Shown: one piece after another, positions 37,192 to 45,958 of the stretch | Layout of the letters: every line of letters starts with the position of its first letter | Position numbering within the stretch: the stretch's first letter is position 1 | Origin: a virus | Lineage: Duplodnaviria > Caudoviricetes | Length of the DNA stretch: 64,000 nt | Direction: 5' to 3' (one strand) | Virus record (IMG/VR): IMGVR_UViG_2765235989_000002 | Coordinates: 19,135 to 83,134 of that record | The notes under the pieces: model-generated | Told to the model about the DNA's origin: nothing | The model's database searches: none | The model's input: only the letters and a program-made list of their open reading frames with translations | Translations under genes and position numbers: made by a program

Positions 37192-39033
37192 TCAGGCCGC
37201 GAGCGCGGTGTCGGAGGGGGTGACGCCTCGGTCGGCGTAGAACTTCAGTTCGGCCGTCTTCGTCTCGTCGGAGTCGACGACGGCCTGGTACAGGGGGGCG
37301 TAGCGGGTCTGGACGTTGGACAGGACGGCCTTCGCGAAGTCGTGGGCCTTGCCGGCGCGTTTGTGGACTTCGTTCGCCTCGTCGGCCTGGGCCTTCGCCA
37401 GGTCGGCCAGCTTCTGGAGTTGACCGACGACTTTCTCTCCGCCCTTGACTCCCTTGGCTTCCTCTGCGAGCTTCTGGCAGTCGCCGGCCTGCTCGCGTGC
37501 TTCGGCGGCCAGGATCTTGGTCGCATCGGCGATCCTGGACAGGCCGTCGATGCGAGCCTCCAGTCGGCCTTCGTAGTCTTTGAAGCGGCGAAGCTCTCCC
37601 CGGGTCACGGACGGCTTCAGGAAGCCCTCCCCCAGGGTGATCTTCTTTGCGTCGATGCCCTGCGCCTGGATCGGCGTCGCCTGCGACATGAACGGGTCCT
37701 CCATCGGTTCGTCGTCGTCTTCGATCTGGACCGCCTGGCCCTGGGTGATGCCCTGGAGGTCGGCCTTGCGCGATGCGTGTGCCTTGTCGAGGCGGTCTTT
37801 GTCCCGGTCGGCGGCCTCGCTGGTGTCGCCCCAGCCGTCCTTGACGCCGTCCTTGTATGCCTTGACGTGGGCGACCGCCCGGGCGGCGCGTGTCCCGTCG
37901 CGGTATCCGGCCTCGCGGGACTCGCGGGTGGAGAACGGCTTCCCCTTCTCCGCGTGCTCTCCGGGCGGCGGGGTTTTCCCGGTCGGGTCCGTCTTGCCGG
38001 TCTCGCTGTCCTTGCTGCTGCCGGACGGGCCCGTGCTCTTCCCTCCAGGGCCTGCGGCGCCGGCCTTGCCGGGCGTACCGTCTGCCCCCGGGCCGCCCTT
38101 CGCGCCGGGGGCCTTGCCGGACGGGCCGTCAGACGGCTTCCCACCCTCGCCGGTGCCGCCCTTCGAGAGGGGCCCGTTGCTGCTCTTGCCATCCGCGGTC
38201 GAGCCGGAACCGGATCCCTTGCCGCCCGTCCCGGAGCCGTCCTTGCCGGCGGCACCGGCCGGGCCTGCGGCACCGTTCTTCCCGCCCCCTGAACCGCCGC
38301 TGGACGGGCCGCTCGCCCCGGCCTTGCCGTCGTGCCCCTTGGACAGCTTCGGGGAGCCCCCATCGCCGCCATTCTTCGGATTCTTTGGACGCGGAGATCC
38401 GTTGCTGTTTCCGCTGCTGGATCCGCCTCCTCCAGACCCACGGCCGCTACCGCCCCCCGCTCCTGATGCTCCGTTGGCACCGGAATACCCAGAGGAGCCC
38501 TTCTGCGGGCTCCCGTTGGACTTTCGCGTGTCTTTTACCGGACCGGGCCCTGTGCTCTTGTTGCCCAGTGATTTCCCTCCCGGACCGTTCGCGGCTGACG
38601 CCTTTCCAGGGATTCCACCGGAGCGGTTGACTGTGACTTGCCGGGTCTCTTTCACCTGCCGTGCCTGGGCTTTCGTTTTGGCCAGGTCGAGGCGCTTGTT
38701 CTGGGCGCCTCCGCCTTTCCCCCATCGGGCCGCACCGGCCAGCAGCCACGCCCGCCAAATCCCTTTCTTCTCGATGGTCCGCCCGGCCGTTCCGTCTTTT
38801 GTGGCTGTTTCGTTGTCGCCGTGGTAGGCGGCGCTGGAGGCGTCGGAGGTGCTCGGCGCGGGACCGCCTGCGGTTGCCTCGCTGGCGGTGGGGGCGGCCA
38901 GGTCGAAGGCGGGCCGGGCCGGATCGACGGGGGCGAGCATGGAGGCCAGCAGCCCGGACTGCGGGCTGCTGGACGCGCCGGCTGGCGGGTCGTCCGGGCC
39001 GGGAACAGCTGCGGGGACCGTGTCGGTCGCCAT
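37192..39033 (-). CDS. Gly/Ser/Lys low-complexity protein with C-terminal coiled coil (transfer region)
   Basis: GAAGGAG RBS; EAGYRDG...YKDGVKDGW; helical C-terminus. Confidence 0.75.
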   Translation of the reverse strand: MATDTVPAAVPGPDDPPAGASSSPQSGLLASMLAPVDPARPAFDLAAPTASEATAGGPAPSTSDASSAAYHGDNETATKDGTAGRTIEKKGIWRAWLLAGAARWGKGGGAQNKRLDLAKTKAQARQVKETRQVTVNRSGGIPGKASAANGPGGKSLGNKSTGPGPVKDTRKSNGSPQKGSSGYSGANGASGAGGGSGRGSGGGGSSSGNSNGSPRPKNPKNGGDGGSPKLSKGHDGKAGASGPSSGGSGGGKNGAAGPAGAAGKDGSGTGGKGSGSGSTADGKSSNGPLSKGGTGEGGKPSDGPSGKAPGAKGGPGADGTPGKAGAAGPGGKSTGPSGSSKDSETGKTDPTGKTPPPGEHAEKGKPFSTRESREAGYRDGTRAARAVAHVKAYKDGVKDGWGDTSEAADRDKDRLDKAHASRKADLQGITQGQAVQIEDDDEPMEDPFMSQATPIQAQGIDAKKITLGEGFLKPSVTRGELRRFKDYEGRLEARIDGLSRIADATKILAAEAREQAGDCQKLAEEAKGVKGGEKVVGQLQKLADLAKAQADEANEVHKRAGKAHDFAKAVLSNVQTRYAPLYQAVVDSDETKTAELKFYADRGVTPSDTALAA

Positions 39034-39154
39034 CAACACTCCTTCACTGTGGGTAGTCACTTACTACTCACCGCCCAGCCCGAAATCCCGGTTCAGGAGC
39101 TCTTGGGGGTAGCGCCTGGGTGGGTTCTCGAGCTGGAAGGTGAGTGGTGAGTGA

Positions 39155-39763
39155 CTACGCGGGGTTACTGCGGGTGGCCTTCTTCGCGGCGACGACGAGG
39201 CCGGCCGCGAGGACCGCGCCGCCGAGCAGGAGACCGTTGTTGATGCCTCCGCTGTCACCGCTGGCGGCGGTCTGGGTGGTGGAGCCTGCGGCCTGCATGT
39301 CGCTGCTGTCGGTGGTGCCGTACTGGGTCTGGCAGTCGTCGACGACGCTCCGGTAGGTGACGCCCGGCTGGCTGTTGACCAGGGGCTTGTTGGCTTTCAC
39401 ACAGGCGTCGATCTGCTGCTGGCGGGTGTTGTCGGCGGCGTGCCGGGCTTTCTGGCTGGCCGCGTTGACGCGGTTCATTTCCTTCAGTTCTTCCAGCCGC
39501 AATTCCTGCTGCTTGAGGGCGATTTCCTGCGCCTTCGCTTCGCTGGCGGCCTGCTGGGTGGTGTAGTGCTGCCAGCCGATGAGCCCGCCTCCGGCCAGAA
39601 CGGTGACGCCGATAGCGAGGGCGGCCTTTCCACGCTTGGTGAGGCCCGGGTTTATCGGCTGGGCGGGTGCCCCGTACGGGTAGGGGTCGATGGTTTCGGT
39701 GTGTTCCGAAGGGAATTCACGCGACACCATTCGGTTGAATTCTTCGTCGTCGTAGGGGGACAT
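39155..39763 (-). CDS. Two-TM membrane protein with coiled coil (Spd-like)
   Basis: TM helices near both ends; paired Cys. Confidence 0.75.
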   Translation of the reverse strand: MSPYDDEEFNRMVSREFPSEHTETIDPYPYGAPAQPINPGLTKRGKAALAIGVTVLAGGGLIGWQHYTTQQAASEAKAQEIALKQQELRLEELKEMNRVNAASQKARHAADNTRQQQIDACVKANKPLVNSQPGVTYRSVVDDCQTQYGTTDSSDMQAAGSTTQTAASGDSGGINNGLLLGGAVLAAGLVVAAKKATRSNPA

Positions 39764-39766
39764 TGG

Positions 39767-40291
39767 TCATTCTCCGTTCTGGTGTGCTTTTCGGGCGGCG
39801 GTGGTGAGGAAGGCCCGCACGTTAGAGAACTGCTGGTCGGGGAGGTCGTTCCAGACGTAGAACGGCAGGGTGACGCCGTGCTCGGCGAGGGTGTCCTGCA
39901 TGTAGCGGACGGCCCGGTCGCGGCTGTCCGGGGTGACGTTTCCGGTCGCTTCGAGGAGGCTCTGGGCGCCGCGGATGCACATGCGGCCGGTGGGTGAGAA
40001 GTCGGAGAGCTTGCACCAGCCGTAGTGGTTGAGGACGGCGATGGTCTGCTCGAGGTGCGCGGACGGCACGCGGGGTACCGGTTCCTGCCACCAGCCGAGG
40101 CCGGCCATGAGGGTGCGGAGGGAGCGGGGCAGGAGGCGGTGGCTGCGTGGGGGCATGTCGGGGACCGGCGCCACGGCCGGGCCAGGGGCTACGGCCGTGG
40201 GCCGCACCGGCTGGGGCCGTACGGGGTGGGGGCGTCCGAGGATCCGGGACGCTGACGGCGTCCCGGTCTCGACGATCTGGTTCTGGGCCAC
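39767..40291 (-). CDS. DUF6197-like protein
   Basis: YGWCK...GRMCIRGA...VWND motif. Confidence 0.75.
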   Translation of the reverse strand: MAQNQIVETGTPSASRILGRPHPVRPQPVRPTAVAPGPAVAPVPDMPPRSHRLLPRSLRTLMAGLGWWQEPVPRVPSAHLEQTIAVLNHYGWCKLSDFSPTGRMCIRGAQSLLEATGNVTPDSRDRAVRYMQDTLAEHGVTLPFYVWNDLPDQQFSNVRAFLTTAARKAHQNGE

Positions 40292-40930
40292 GTGTTGGTC
40301 TCCTTCTTGGTCTCGCCGGTCGGTCACCGGGGGGTCTCGGTCTCTTGCTGCTCACGCGGTCTCGGTGGTCTTGAGGTCTCCCGCCGCCTCGGAGACCGTG
40401 GTCTCGGTCTCTCCGCTTCCGGTGGTCTCTGCGAGGTACAGGTCTCGTGCTGTCTTCAGCCGTTTGGCGGCCGTGGACTTGGGGCGGCCGGTGGTCTCGA
40501 TGGCGTCGTCGAGAGAGACCTTCATGTGGCCGTTGCGAGACCTCATGAGGGAGACCAGTGCGCGGGTCTCGGTCTCGCGGTCTCCGATGGCGGAGACCGA
40601 GGTGGTCTCTCGGGGGAGACTTGTGCGCGAGACCTTTGAGCGGGTCTCGGTCTCGCTGGTCTCTGCCGGGTTGGTGGTCCCGGGAGACCGGTCTCCGGTC
40701 TCGGTCTCCGTGTTGGTTCCTCGGTCTCCCTGGTCTCGGGAGACCACGGTCTCGGTGGTCTCGATGGTCTCCGCGCGCCGGGCGGGGCTGGTCTCGGTTC
40801 CGGTGCGGGGGGTCTCTGCTCGCTGAGGTGAGACCGTTCCCCTGGTCTCCTTCTGCGGAGAGACCGCCGGGGTGGAGATCTGCCGGGTCGCGAGACTGGT
40901 CTCCGTGTCTTCGGGCTTGGTGGGGAGACC
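40265..40930. repeat. Dense array of GGTCTC/GAGACC hexamers
   Basis: Hand count about 31 GGTCTC and 11 GAGACC on the + strand; continues past the stop codon at 40352 into the intergenic region and the next gene. Confidence 0.92.
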
Positions 40931-41980
40931 CCAGGGGTTGCTGTGGTCGAGGCGGGCGAGGGTCGGGGCGTGGGCTGAGACGGCTAGGTCGTCGAGGAGG
41001 GCGGTCTTCTGTGCGGGGTCGTGGGCGACGTTGGCGGCCCGGAGGGCGGCGCGGAGCTGGCGGCGGATCCAGCGGCCGCGCCATCCGCCCTTCCTCTTGT
41101 CGCTGAGGGCGTCGTACCGGTCGGTGAGGTTGGCGGCCTTGACGCGGGCGCGCTGACGGAGGAGTTCGGTGGTCGTGGTGTCGGTGTCGGCGACCCCGAA
41201 CGTGGCGAGGATCTTCTGGCTGAGGCGGCGGCCGAGGCGGGCGAGGACGCTCATGCTGCGGGCGGTGGCGTCGGCGGCGCGGATCTCGAGGCCCATGGCG
41301 AGGTGCCACAGGAGTGCGGCGCCGATGGGGCCGAACACGGCGCGCCAGGCGCCGGCGGTGAGGCCCTGCCAGAATCCTTCGGCTGTGGCGGCGCCTTCGG
41401 CGAAGGCGGGGACGGCGAGGAATCCGGTGATGATCCAGACGAGGAGGCCGGGCATGCCGGGTGCGTTGTCGCGCTTGAGGTTGTCGCGGGCGGCGAGGCC
41501 GAGGGCGATGAGGACGATTTCGCCGGTGCCGCAGAGGGCGATGCGGGTGAAGGTGTCGGTGATGTTGAGGTGGGTGTGGGTGAAGCCCCAGGCGGTGTTG
41601 ATGCCGACGCCGGTGCAGACGAGGGCGCCGATGGTGACGGCGGCCTGTCCGGCGGACGGGGACTCGGCGTCGGAGTTCTTGGTCTTGGTGATCGCGTTCC
41701 GGGTGGCGCTGATGAGGGCGGCGGCCAGGAGGACGAGGGCGGCGGCCGCGGCGGTGCAGAGGGCGATGCGGCGGCCGGTCTGGTCGAGGGTGAGCAGGCG
41801 GAGGGGGCCGCCGACGCCGGCGTACAGGCCGGTGGCGACGGTGAGCGTGGCCAGGGCGACGAGGGTCTTCGGGGTGCGGTGGGTGCTGGGGGGTGTGGGT
41901 GCCCCGGCGGTGGGCAGGGGCTGCCAGTCCCCGAGGACGGGGGTGTTGGACGGCTGCTGGCCGACCGGGACGGTGGTCAC
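40352..41980 (-). CDS. Multi-TM Spd/transfer-like membrane protein with ET-rich linker and C-terminal HTH
   Basis: Several TM helices; LLWHLAMGLE; C-terminal VSLDDAIETTGRPKSTAAKRLKTAR. Confidence 0.8.
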   Translation of the reverse strand: MTTVPVGQQPSNTPVLGDWQPLPTAGAPTPPSTHRTPKTLVALATLTVATGLYAGVGGPLRLLTLDQTGRRIALCTAAAAALVLLAAALISATRNAITKTKNSDAESPSAGQAAVTIGALVCTGVGINTAWGFTHTHLNITDTFTRIALCGTGEIVLIALGLAARDNLKRDNAPGMPGLLVWIITGFLAVPAFAEGAATAEGFWQGLTAGAWRAVFGPIGAALLWHLAMGLEIRAADATARSMSVLARLGRRLSQKILATFGVADTDTTTTELLRQRARVKAANLTDRYDALSDKRKGGWRGRWIRRQLRAALRAANVAHDPAQKTALLDDLAVSAHAPTLARLDHSNPWGLPTKPEDTETSLATRQISTPAVSPQKETRGTVSPQRAETPRTGTETSPARRAETIETTETVVSRDQGDRGTNTETETGDRSPGTTNPAETSETETRSKVSRTSLPRETTSVSAIGDRETETRALVSLMRSRNGHMKVSLDDAIETTGRPKSTAAKRLKTARDLYLAETTGSGETETTVSEAAGDLKTTETA

Positions 41981-42100
41981 GGAGATCGGTGTCCTTTCGC
42001 GGGTGGTTGGGCGGGGCTGAGGTTCGGTGGTCCGGTTGGTCCGGTCCTCTCTGACGTCACCAGCCCGGTGGTGCGGCTGGTGGCGACAGGGCGGGCCGGG

Positions 42101-42313
42101 TCAGCGGCGGAGGCCCGGGACGCGGGCGGTGATGCGGTCGGTCAGGGTCGGGCCGTCGAGCTGGGTGTCGAACGCGTTGGCCAGGTCGCGGGCGTCGGCC
42201 AGGTCCTGGGTCATGACGGGGTCGCCGCCGCGGCGGTCGGCCTTGGCCTTGTCGTCGGCGACGATGCCGACCCACTCGCCCATTGCGCGGCGGGCGTTCT
42301 CCTTCTTGGGCAC
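42101..42313 (-). CDS. Small hypothetical protein
   Basis: AAGGAG RBS then GTG. Confidence 0.6.
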   Translation of the reverse strand: MPKKENARRAMGEWVGIVADDKAKADRRGGDPVMTQDLADARDLANAFDTQLDGPTLTDRITARVPGLRR

Positions 42314-42329
42314 GGTGTTCTCCTTCTGG

Positions 42330-42479
42330 TCAGCGGGTGAGGACGGGCTTGGTGATGTCGCGGTGGTGGACGGTTACGGTGACGCCGCGGCGGCAAAGCT
42401 GTCGGGCGAGCTGGTTGGCTGCTACGGCGCTCCTGTGCCGACCTCCGCCGCAGCCGAAGGCGATGGTGGCCGCGGGCAT
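42330..42479 (-). pseudogene. RapZ C-terminal-domain-like fragment (49 aa)
   Basis: IAFGCGGGRHRS...HRDITKPV; the N-terminal SFG/D-x-R part of the domain is missing. Confidence 0.6.
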
Positions 42480-42637
42480 CAGGCGGCGTCCTTGAGGTGG
42501 AGGTTGGTCCAGGTGTCGAAGTCGACGCCCGGCCACTCCTCCACGGGGATGTCGGCGTGCTCCTGGTCGAAGTGCTGGCGGCCCTGTTCGGTGGTCCAGT
42601 GCCAGTGGCTGGTGTCGGTGACGGTCTGGGTGGCCAT
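42479..42637 (-). CDS. Small Trp/acidic protein (52 aa)
   Basis: AAGGAG RBS; MATQTVTDTSHWHW...; TGATG overlap with the next ORF. Confidence 0.6.
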   Translation of the reverse strand: MATQTVTDTSHWHWTTEQGRQHFDQEHADIPVEEWPGVDFDTWTNLHLKDAA

Positions 42638-42831
42638 GGGGTGCGTGCTCCTTCCGGGGCTGTTCGGGGCGGGTGGTCTGGTCGTGCTCGGGGCTCAGTC
42701 GCCGTAGTTCTCGGGGAGTCCGTGGCGTCGGAGCCACTCGCCCCGCCTCGTAGCGAGGCCAGCGCCGGGTGGGGGTGGCGGTGTCCGGCCGTCTGTCGGC
42801 TCGGCGGCCGGACACCGCGCGGGGAGGGTGG

Positions 42832-42984
42832 TCAGGGGCGGGGCTTCTTGGCGTTCTGCAATGCCTGCTGGTTCGCGGCGGCCTGGCGGGCACCGCTGCC
42901 GGACTGGTAGTCGCGCTGGCAGGCGTCGTGCGTGGCGGGGGTGCTGGTGATCGGGTTCGGGCGGGGCTTCCTGTCGTCGGGCAT
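42832..42984 (-). CDS. Small hypothetical protein (50 aa)
   Basis: MPDDRKPRPNPITSTPATHDACQRDY...; starts just after the upstream stop. Confidence 0.5.
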   Translation of the reverse strand: MPDDRKPRPNPITSTPATHDACQRDYQSGSGARQAAANQQALQNAKKPRP

Positions 42985-42988
42985 GTGG

Positions 42989-43387
42989 TCAGGTGTCCTG
43001 GTCGATGAGGCCGATGGCGTCGGCGAGGGGCTGGCGGTTGAGGTAGCTGGTTTCGTGGCCGTGCTGCTCGCCGAGGTGGCGGACGGTCTTCTGTAGGGCG
43101 AGGGGCAGGCTGCGGAGTGCCGGGTTGGTGTCCGGGTCGGTCAGGCGCTGCACGAGGAGTGCGATGCCGGTGAGGATGTCGAGGCCGTCGTCGTCGGCGA
43201 GGACGTGGAGGACGGTTTGGGTCTGGTCGGTGGTGAGCCGGTCGAGGGCGAGGAGGTGCAGGCCCTGCCGGATGAGGTCGATTCCGGCGTGGACTCCGGC
43301 GGTGTCGTCGAGGAGGCCGGCGAGTTCGTCGTCGAGCGGGGGGACGGCGTTCGCGGGGGTGTGGACGGGGCCCATGGGGTCGCGCAT
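42989..43387 (-). CDS. Hypothetical protein
   Basis: TGATG-coupled to the upstream gene; DPDTNPALRSLP. Confidence 0.7.
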   Translation of the reverse strand: MRDPMGPVHTPANAVPPLDDELAGLLDDTAGVHAGIDLIRQGLHLLALDRLTTDQTQTVLHVLADDDGLDILTGIALLVQRLTDPDTNPALRSLPLALQKTVRHLGEQHGHETSYLNRQPLADAIGLIDQDT

Positions 43388-43824
43388 CACAGGTCGCCGT
43401 CCCATTCGCCGGTGACGAGCTGCTCGTAGGCGGCGGCCGCGGCTTCGGGGTGTTCGGCGGAGAACACGTCGTTGAGGTACGAGTTGGGGTCGATCGCGGC
43501 GAAGTGGTCCTCGAGGTCGGCGACCAGTTCCGGGTCCAGTTCGCTGTCGACGGGTACGTCGGGGATGTCGAGTTCCGGGGCAGTCCCCTCGGTCCCGTTG
43601 GTGAGCGTGTACGGGATCAGGGGGTTGGCCTGCCGGTAGTCGGCGATGACCTCGGTCGCGTCGGTCAGGGACTTCACCGCGTCGGCGGGGAGCGGCGCCT
43701 CGCCGATGTACTCGCCGGCCGCGTTGCGGAGCGTGATCCGGACGGCGTTCTCCGTGCTGTCGGCCGGGGTCAGGCGCTGAAGCTGAGCGAGGTAGCTGAG
43801 GGCGTGCAGGTCGTTGGCGTCCAT
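43387..43824 (-). CDS. Acidic hypothetical protein
   Basis: Coupled ORF within the operon. Confidence 0.7.
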   Translation of the reverse strand: MDANDLHALSYLAQLQRLTPADSTENAVRITLRNAAGEYIGEAPLPADAVKSLTDATEVIADYRQANPLIPYTLTNGTEGTAPELDIPDVPVDSELDPELVADLEDHFAAIDPNSYLNDVFSAEHPEAAAAAYEQLVTGEWDGDL

Positions 43825-43976
43825 CACGCACCGTCCTGCGAAGCCGTACGGCGGGTCGTGTCGGGGGCCTTGGCCAGCTTGTCCAGCCGACGCCGGGTCT
43901 GGCTCAGCTGGCCCACGATCAGGCCGACGAACGCGTAGACGATCGCGGCGGTCGCGATAGCGCTCAGGATCTCCAT
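43824..43976 (-). CDS. Small single-TM protein (50 aa)
   Basis: MEILSAIATAAIVYAFVGLIVG...; coupled on both sides. Confidence 0.6.
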   Translation of the reverse strand: MEILSAIATAAIVYAFVGLIVGQLSQTRRRLDKLAKAPDTTRRTASQDGA

Positions 43977-44260
43977 CACGCCGCCACCGCCTTCAGGACG
44001 CGGTCGCTGCCGGTCCAGACGGTGCCGATGGTGGACACGGTGCCGGTGATGTGGTCGTGGACGGTGACCGCGAACTGGGCCGCGCGCCGCTTCAGGATGC
44101 GGCGGGCCTCGGACGGGTCGGTGATGACGTCGAGGACGGTGAAGATGCCGTCCTGGTTGTCGTAGAGGACACCGGGCCGACGCGGCCCGATCTGCTCGGC
44201 CACCACCCGGCGCAGCGCCTCGTCAGTCTGCTGGGCGAATTTTTCTGTACGATCCCTCAT
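43976..44260 (-). CDS. Hypothetical protein, first gene of the transfer operon
   Basis: AGGAGG RBS. Confidence 0.7.
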   Translation of the reverse strand: MRDRTEKFAQQTDEALRRVVAEQIGPRRPGVLYDNQDGIFTVLDVITDPSEARRILKRRAAQFAVTVHDHITGTVSTIGTVWTGSDRVLKAVAA

Positions 44261-44387
44261 GGATCAGCCTCCTGTATGCGCAGGTGGGACGATTCGCCGG
44301 GTCCTTCGGGGCCCCTGAGAGGCCTAGGTGTATGCGCACCTGGGCCTTTCGGCGGTTCTGGGGCTTCCGCCGTTCCCGACCACTTCA

Positions 44388-44432
44388 ATGTAGACCACTC
44401 GCGGCACGATGCGCTAGTAGTAGCGCTACATG
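44388..44432. promoter_or_regulatory. Candidate GntR operator in the divergent promoter
   Basis: GCGCTA-GTAG-TAGCGC overlapping the perfect palindrome GTAGCGCTAC. Confidence 0.5.
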
Positions 44433-44510
44433 TTTCGTTGGACTAACCTCAAGAGGGAACCGCTGCACACAACGGAGTGAGCAGTGCACAACAGAGAGAG
44501 GAGGCAGGCC

Positions 44511-45272
44511 ATGCCCGAGACCCCTGGGTACGCGGAGATCGCCGCGCACTTTCGGCGGCAGATTCAGGACGGAACGCTCCGGCCCGGCGACACGATCCCG
44601 AGTTACAAGGAAGCCAGCGCCCAATTCGGCGTTGCGCATACGACCGTGAACCGCGCATACCGGGTACTCAAGATGGAGGGACTGACCCTCACCAAGCCAG
44701 GTGTCGGGACGGTCGTGGCCGCACCGGCCAGCAACAACATCGGAACACGAGTAGCCCTGCATGCCGCTACAGGTAGCGCTCTTGACCGTGGCGAGTCGTC
44801 ACGGATCCTCGAGGTGGGCACCGTCGGTGCCGACGCACTCGTCGCTCCCCGGCTCGACGTCGCTCCGGGAACGCCCGTGCAGGTGCGGCGCCGAGTAGTA
44901 AGTCGGGGTGACGTACCAGTTCACCTGAGCAGCAGCTACTACCCCGCCTACGTGATAGCGGTGACCCCCGAGCTGCAAGAGCCGGTATCCACTGGGGCCT
45001 CACGGGAACTCGCCGCATCACGTCTGGGCGTGGCCCAGGACCAAGTGCTTGAGGAGGTCACCAGCCGGCTGGCTACGGCGTCGGAGAAGGATGCGCTGGG
45101 GCTGACCGCTGCGGAGGTCGTCGTGACCCAGATCGTCCGTACCGTGTCGCTGGAGGACGGCCGCGTCGTTGAAGTTGCAGTGAAAGTAGCCGAGGGCTCG
45201 ACCATCCTCCGCTGGACCACGTCGCTTCGGGCTCCCGGGACGGAAGCACGGGAAGGGGTTGGTGACGCCTGA
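44511..45272 (+). CDS. GntR/HutC-family regulator with UTRA domain (KorSA/TraR-like)
   Basis: GTLRPGDTIPS...FGVAHTTVNRAY...GVGTVV HTH plus UTRA; divergent from the transfer genes. Confidence 0.9.
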   Translation: MPETPGYAEIAAHFRRQIQDGTLRPGDTIPSYKEASAQFGVAHTTVNRAYRVLKMEGLTLTKPGVGTVVAAPASNNIGTRVALHAATGSALDRGESSRILEVGTVGADALVAPRLDVAPGTPVQVRRRVVSRGDVPVHLSSSYYPAYVIAVTPELQEPVSTGASRELAASRLGVAQDQVLEEVTSRLATASEKDALGLTAAEVVVTQIVRTVSLEDGRVVEVAVKVAEGSTILRWTTSLRAPGTEAREGVGDA

Positions 45273-45459
45273 TTTCTGACGCGTTCCAGCAGCCAGCTTG
45301 AGCGCGGCGGTGGCCGACCGGTGTACCAGACCAGCCGACCACCCTTATGGCCGCCACCTGCGAAGAAAACGGCCACGTGAACCATCCGCTAGGGAGATTC
45401 ATCATGAGCGTACCCAAACTTCGGTTCAGTCGAAGTTTCACCCGGCAGGTGACCGTCTG

Positions 45460-45735
45460 ATGGCGTTCAACCTGCCCCCATTTGTGACCTTCAGGACCGG
45501 AGCCGAACTACTGGTCAGGCTCGGTCTCGCCGACAGCATCACGGCTGACGGCCTGCGGTACATCGCGCGCAACGCGCAGGACTGGCCCTTCGGAGACGGT
45601 CCGAACCAGATGCCCTATGTGATGGCTGGCAGGGCCAGAACCATGGAGACAGGCGTCTTCTTGGCGCAGTTCCAAAACCGCCCGCGGCCTGGCGGGCGAG
45701 GGCGCAAGTCAGACCAGGGGAACAACCGCCGATGA
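45460..45735 (+). CDS. Small DNA-binding (Xis/Cro-like) protein
   Basis: ITADGLRYIAR...WPFG; basic tail RPGGRGRK. Confidence 0.6.
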   Translation: MAFNLPPFVTFRTGAELLVRLGLADSITADGLRYIARNAQDWPFGDGPNQMPYVMAGRARTMETGVFLAQFQNRPRPGGRGRKSDQGNNRR

Positions 45736-45958
45736 GGCCGCCACCTGGAGCGATACCGCACCAAACGCCTGGTTGCATCAGAACGCACGAACGGCCGGTG
45801 ATTGCTCACCGGCCGTCCAAGCACCACAGCGGGTTCGCGGCCCGCTGTATCGAACGAGTCCCACCTTCTGAAAGCAGACTCTTGATGAGGACTGTACCTG
45901 CACCGAGCGGATCTCCGACAAGTGCATGCAGCGTGATCCTCCGTACGGACGTGAGCGC

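Noticed and set aside
40265-40930. GGTCTC array as a CRISPR array or a Golden Gate cloning artefact
   Set aside because: Units are 6 bp with irregular spacing and no spacer structure or cas genes; the array sits inside a natural open frame with degenerate copies.
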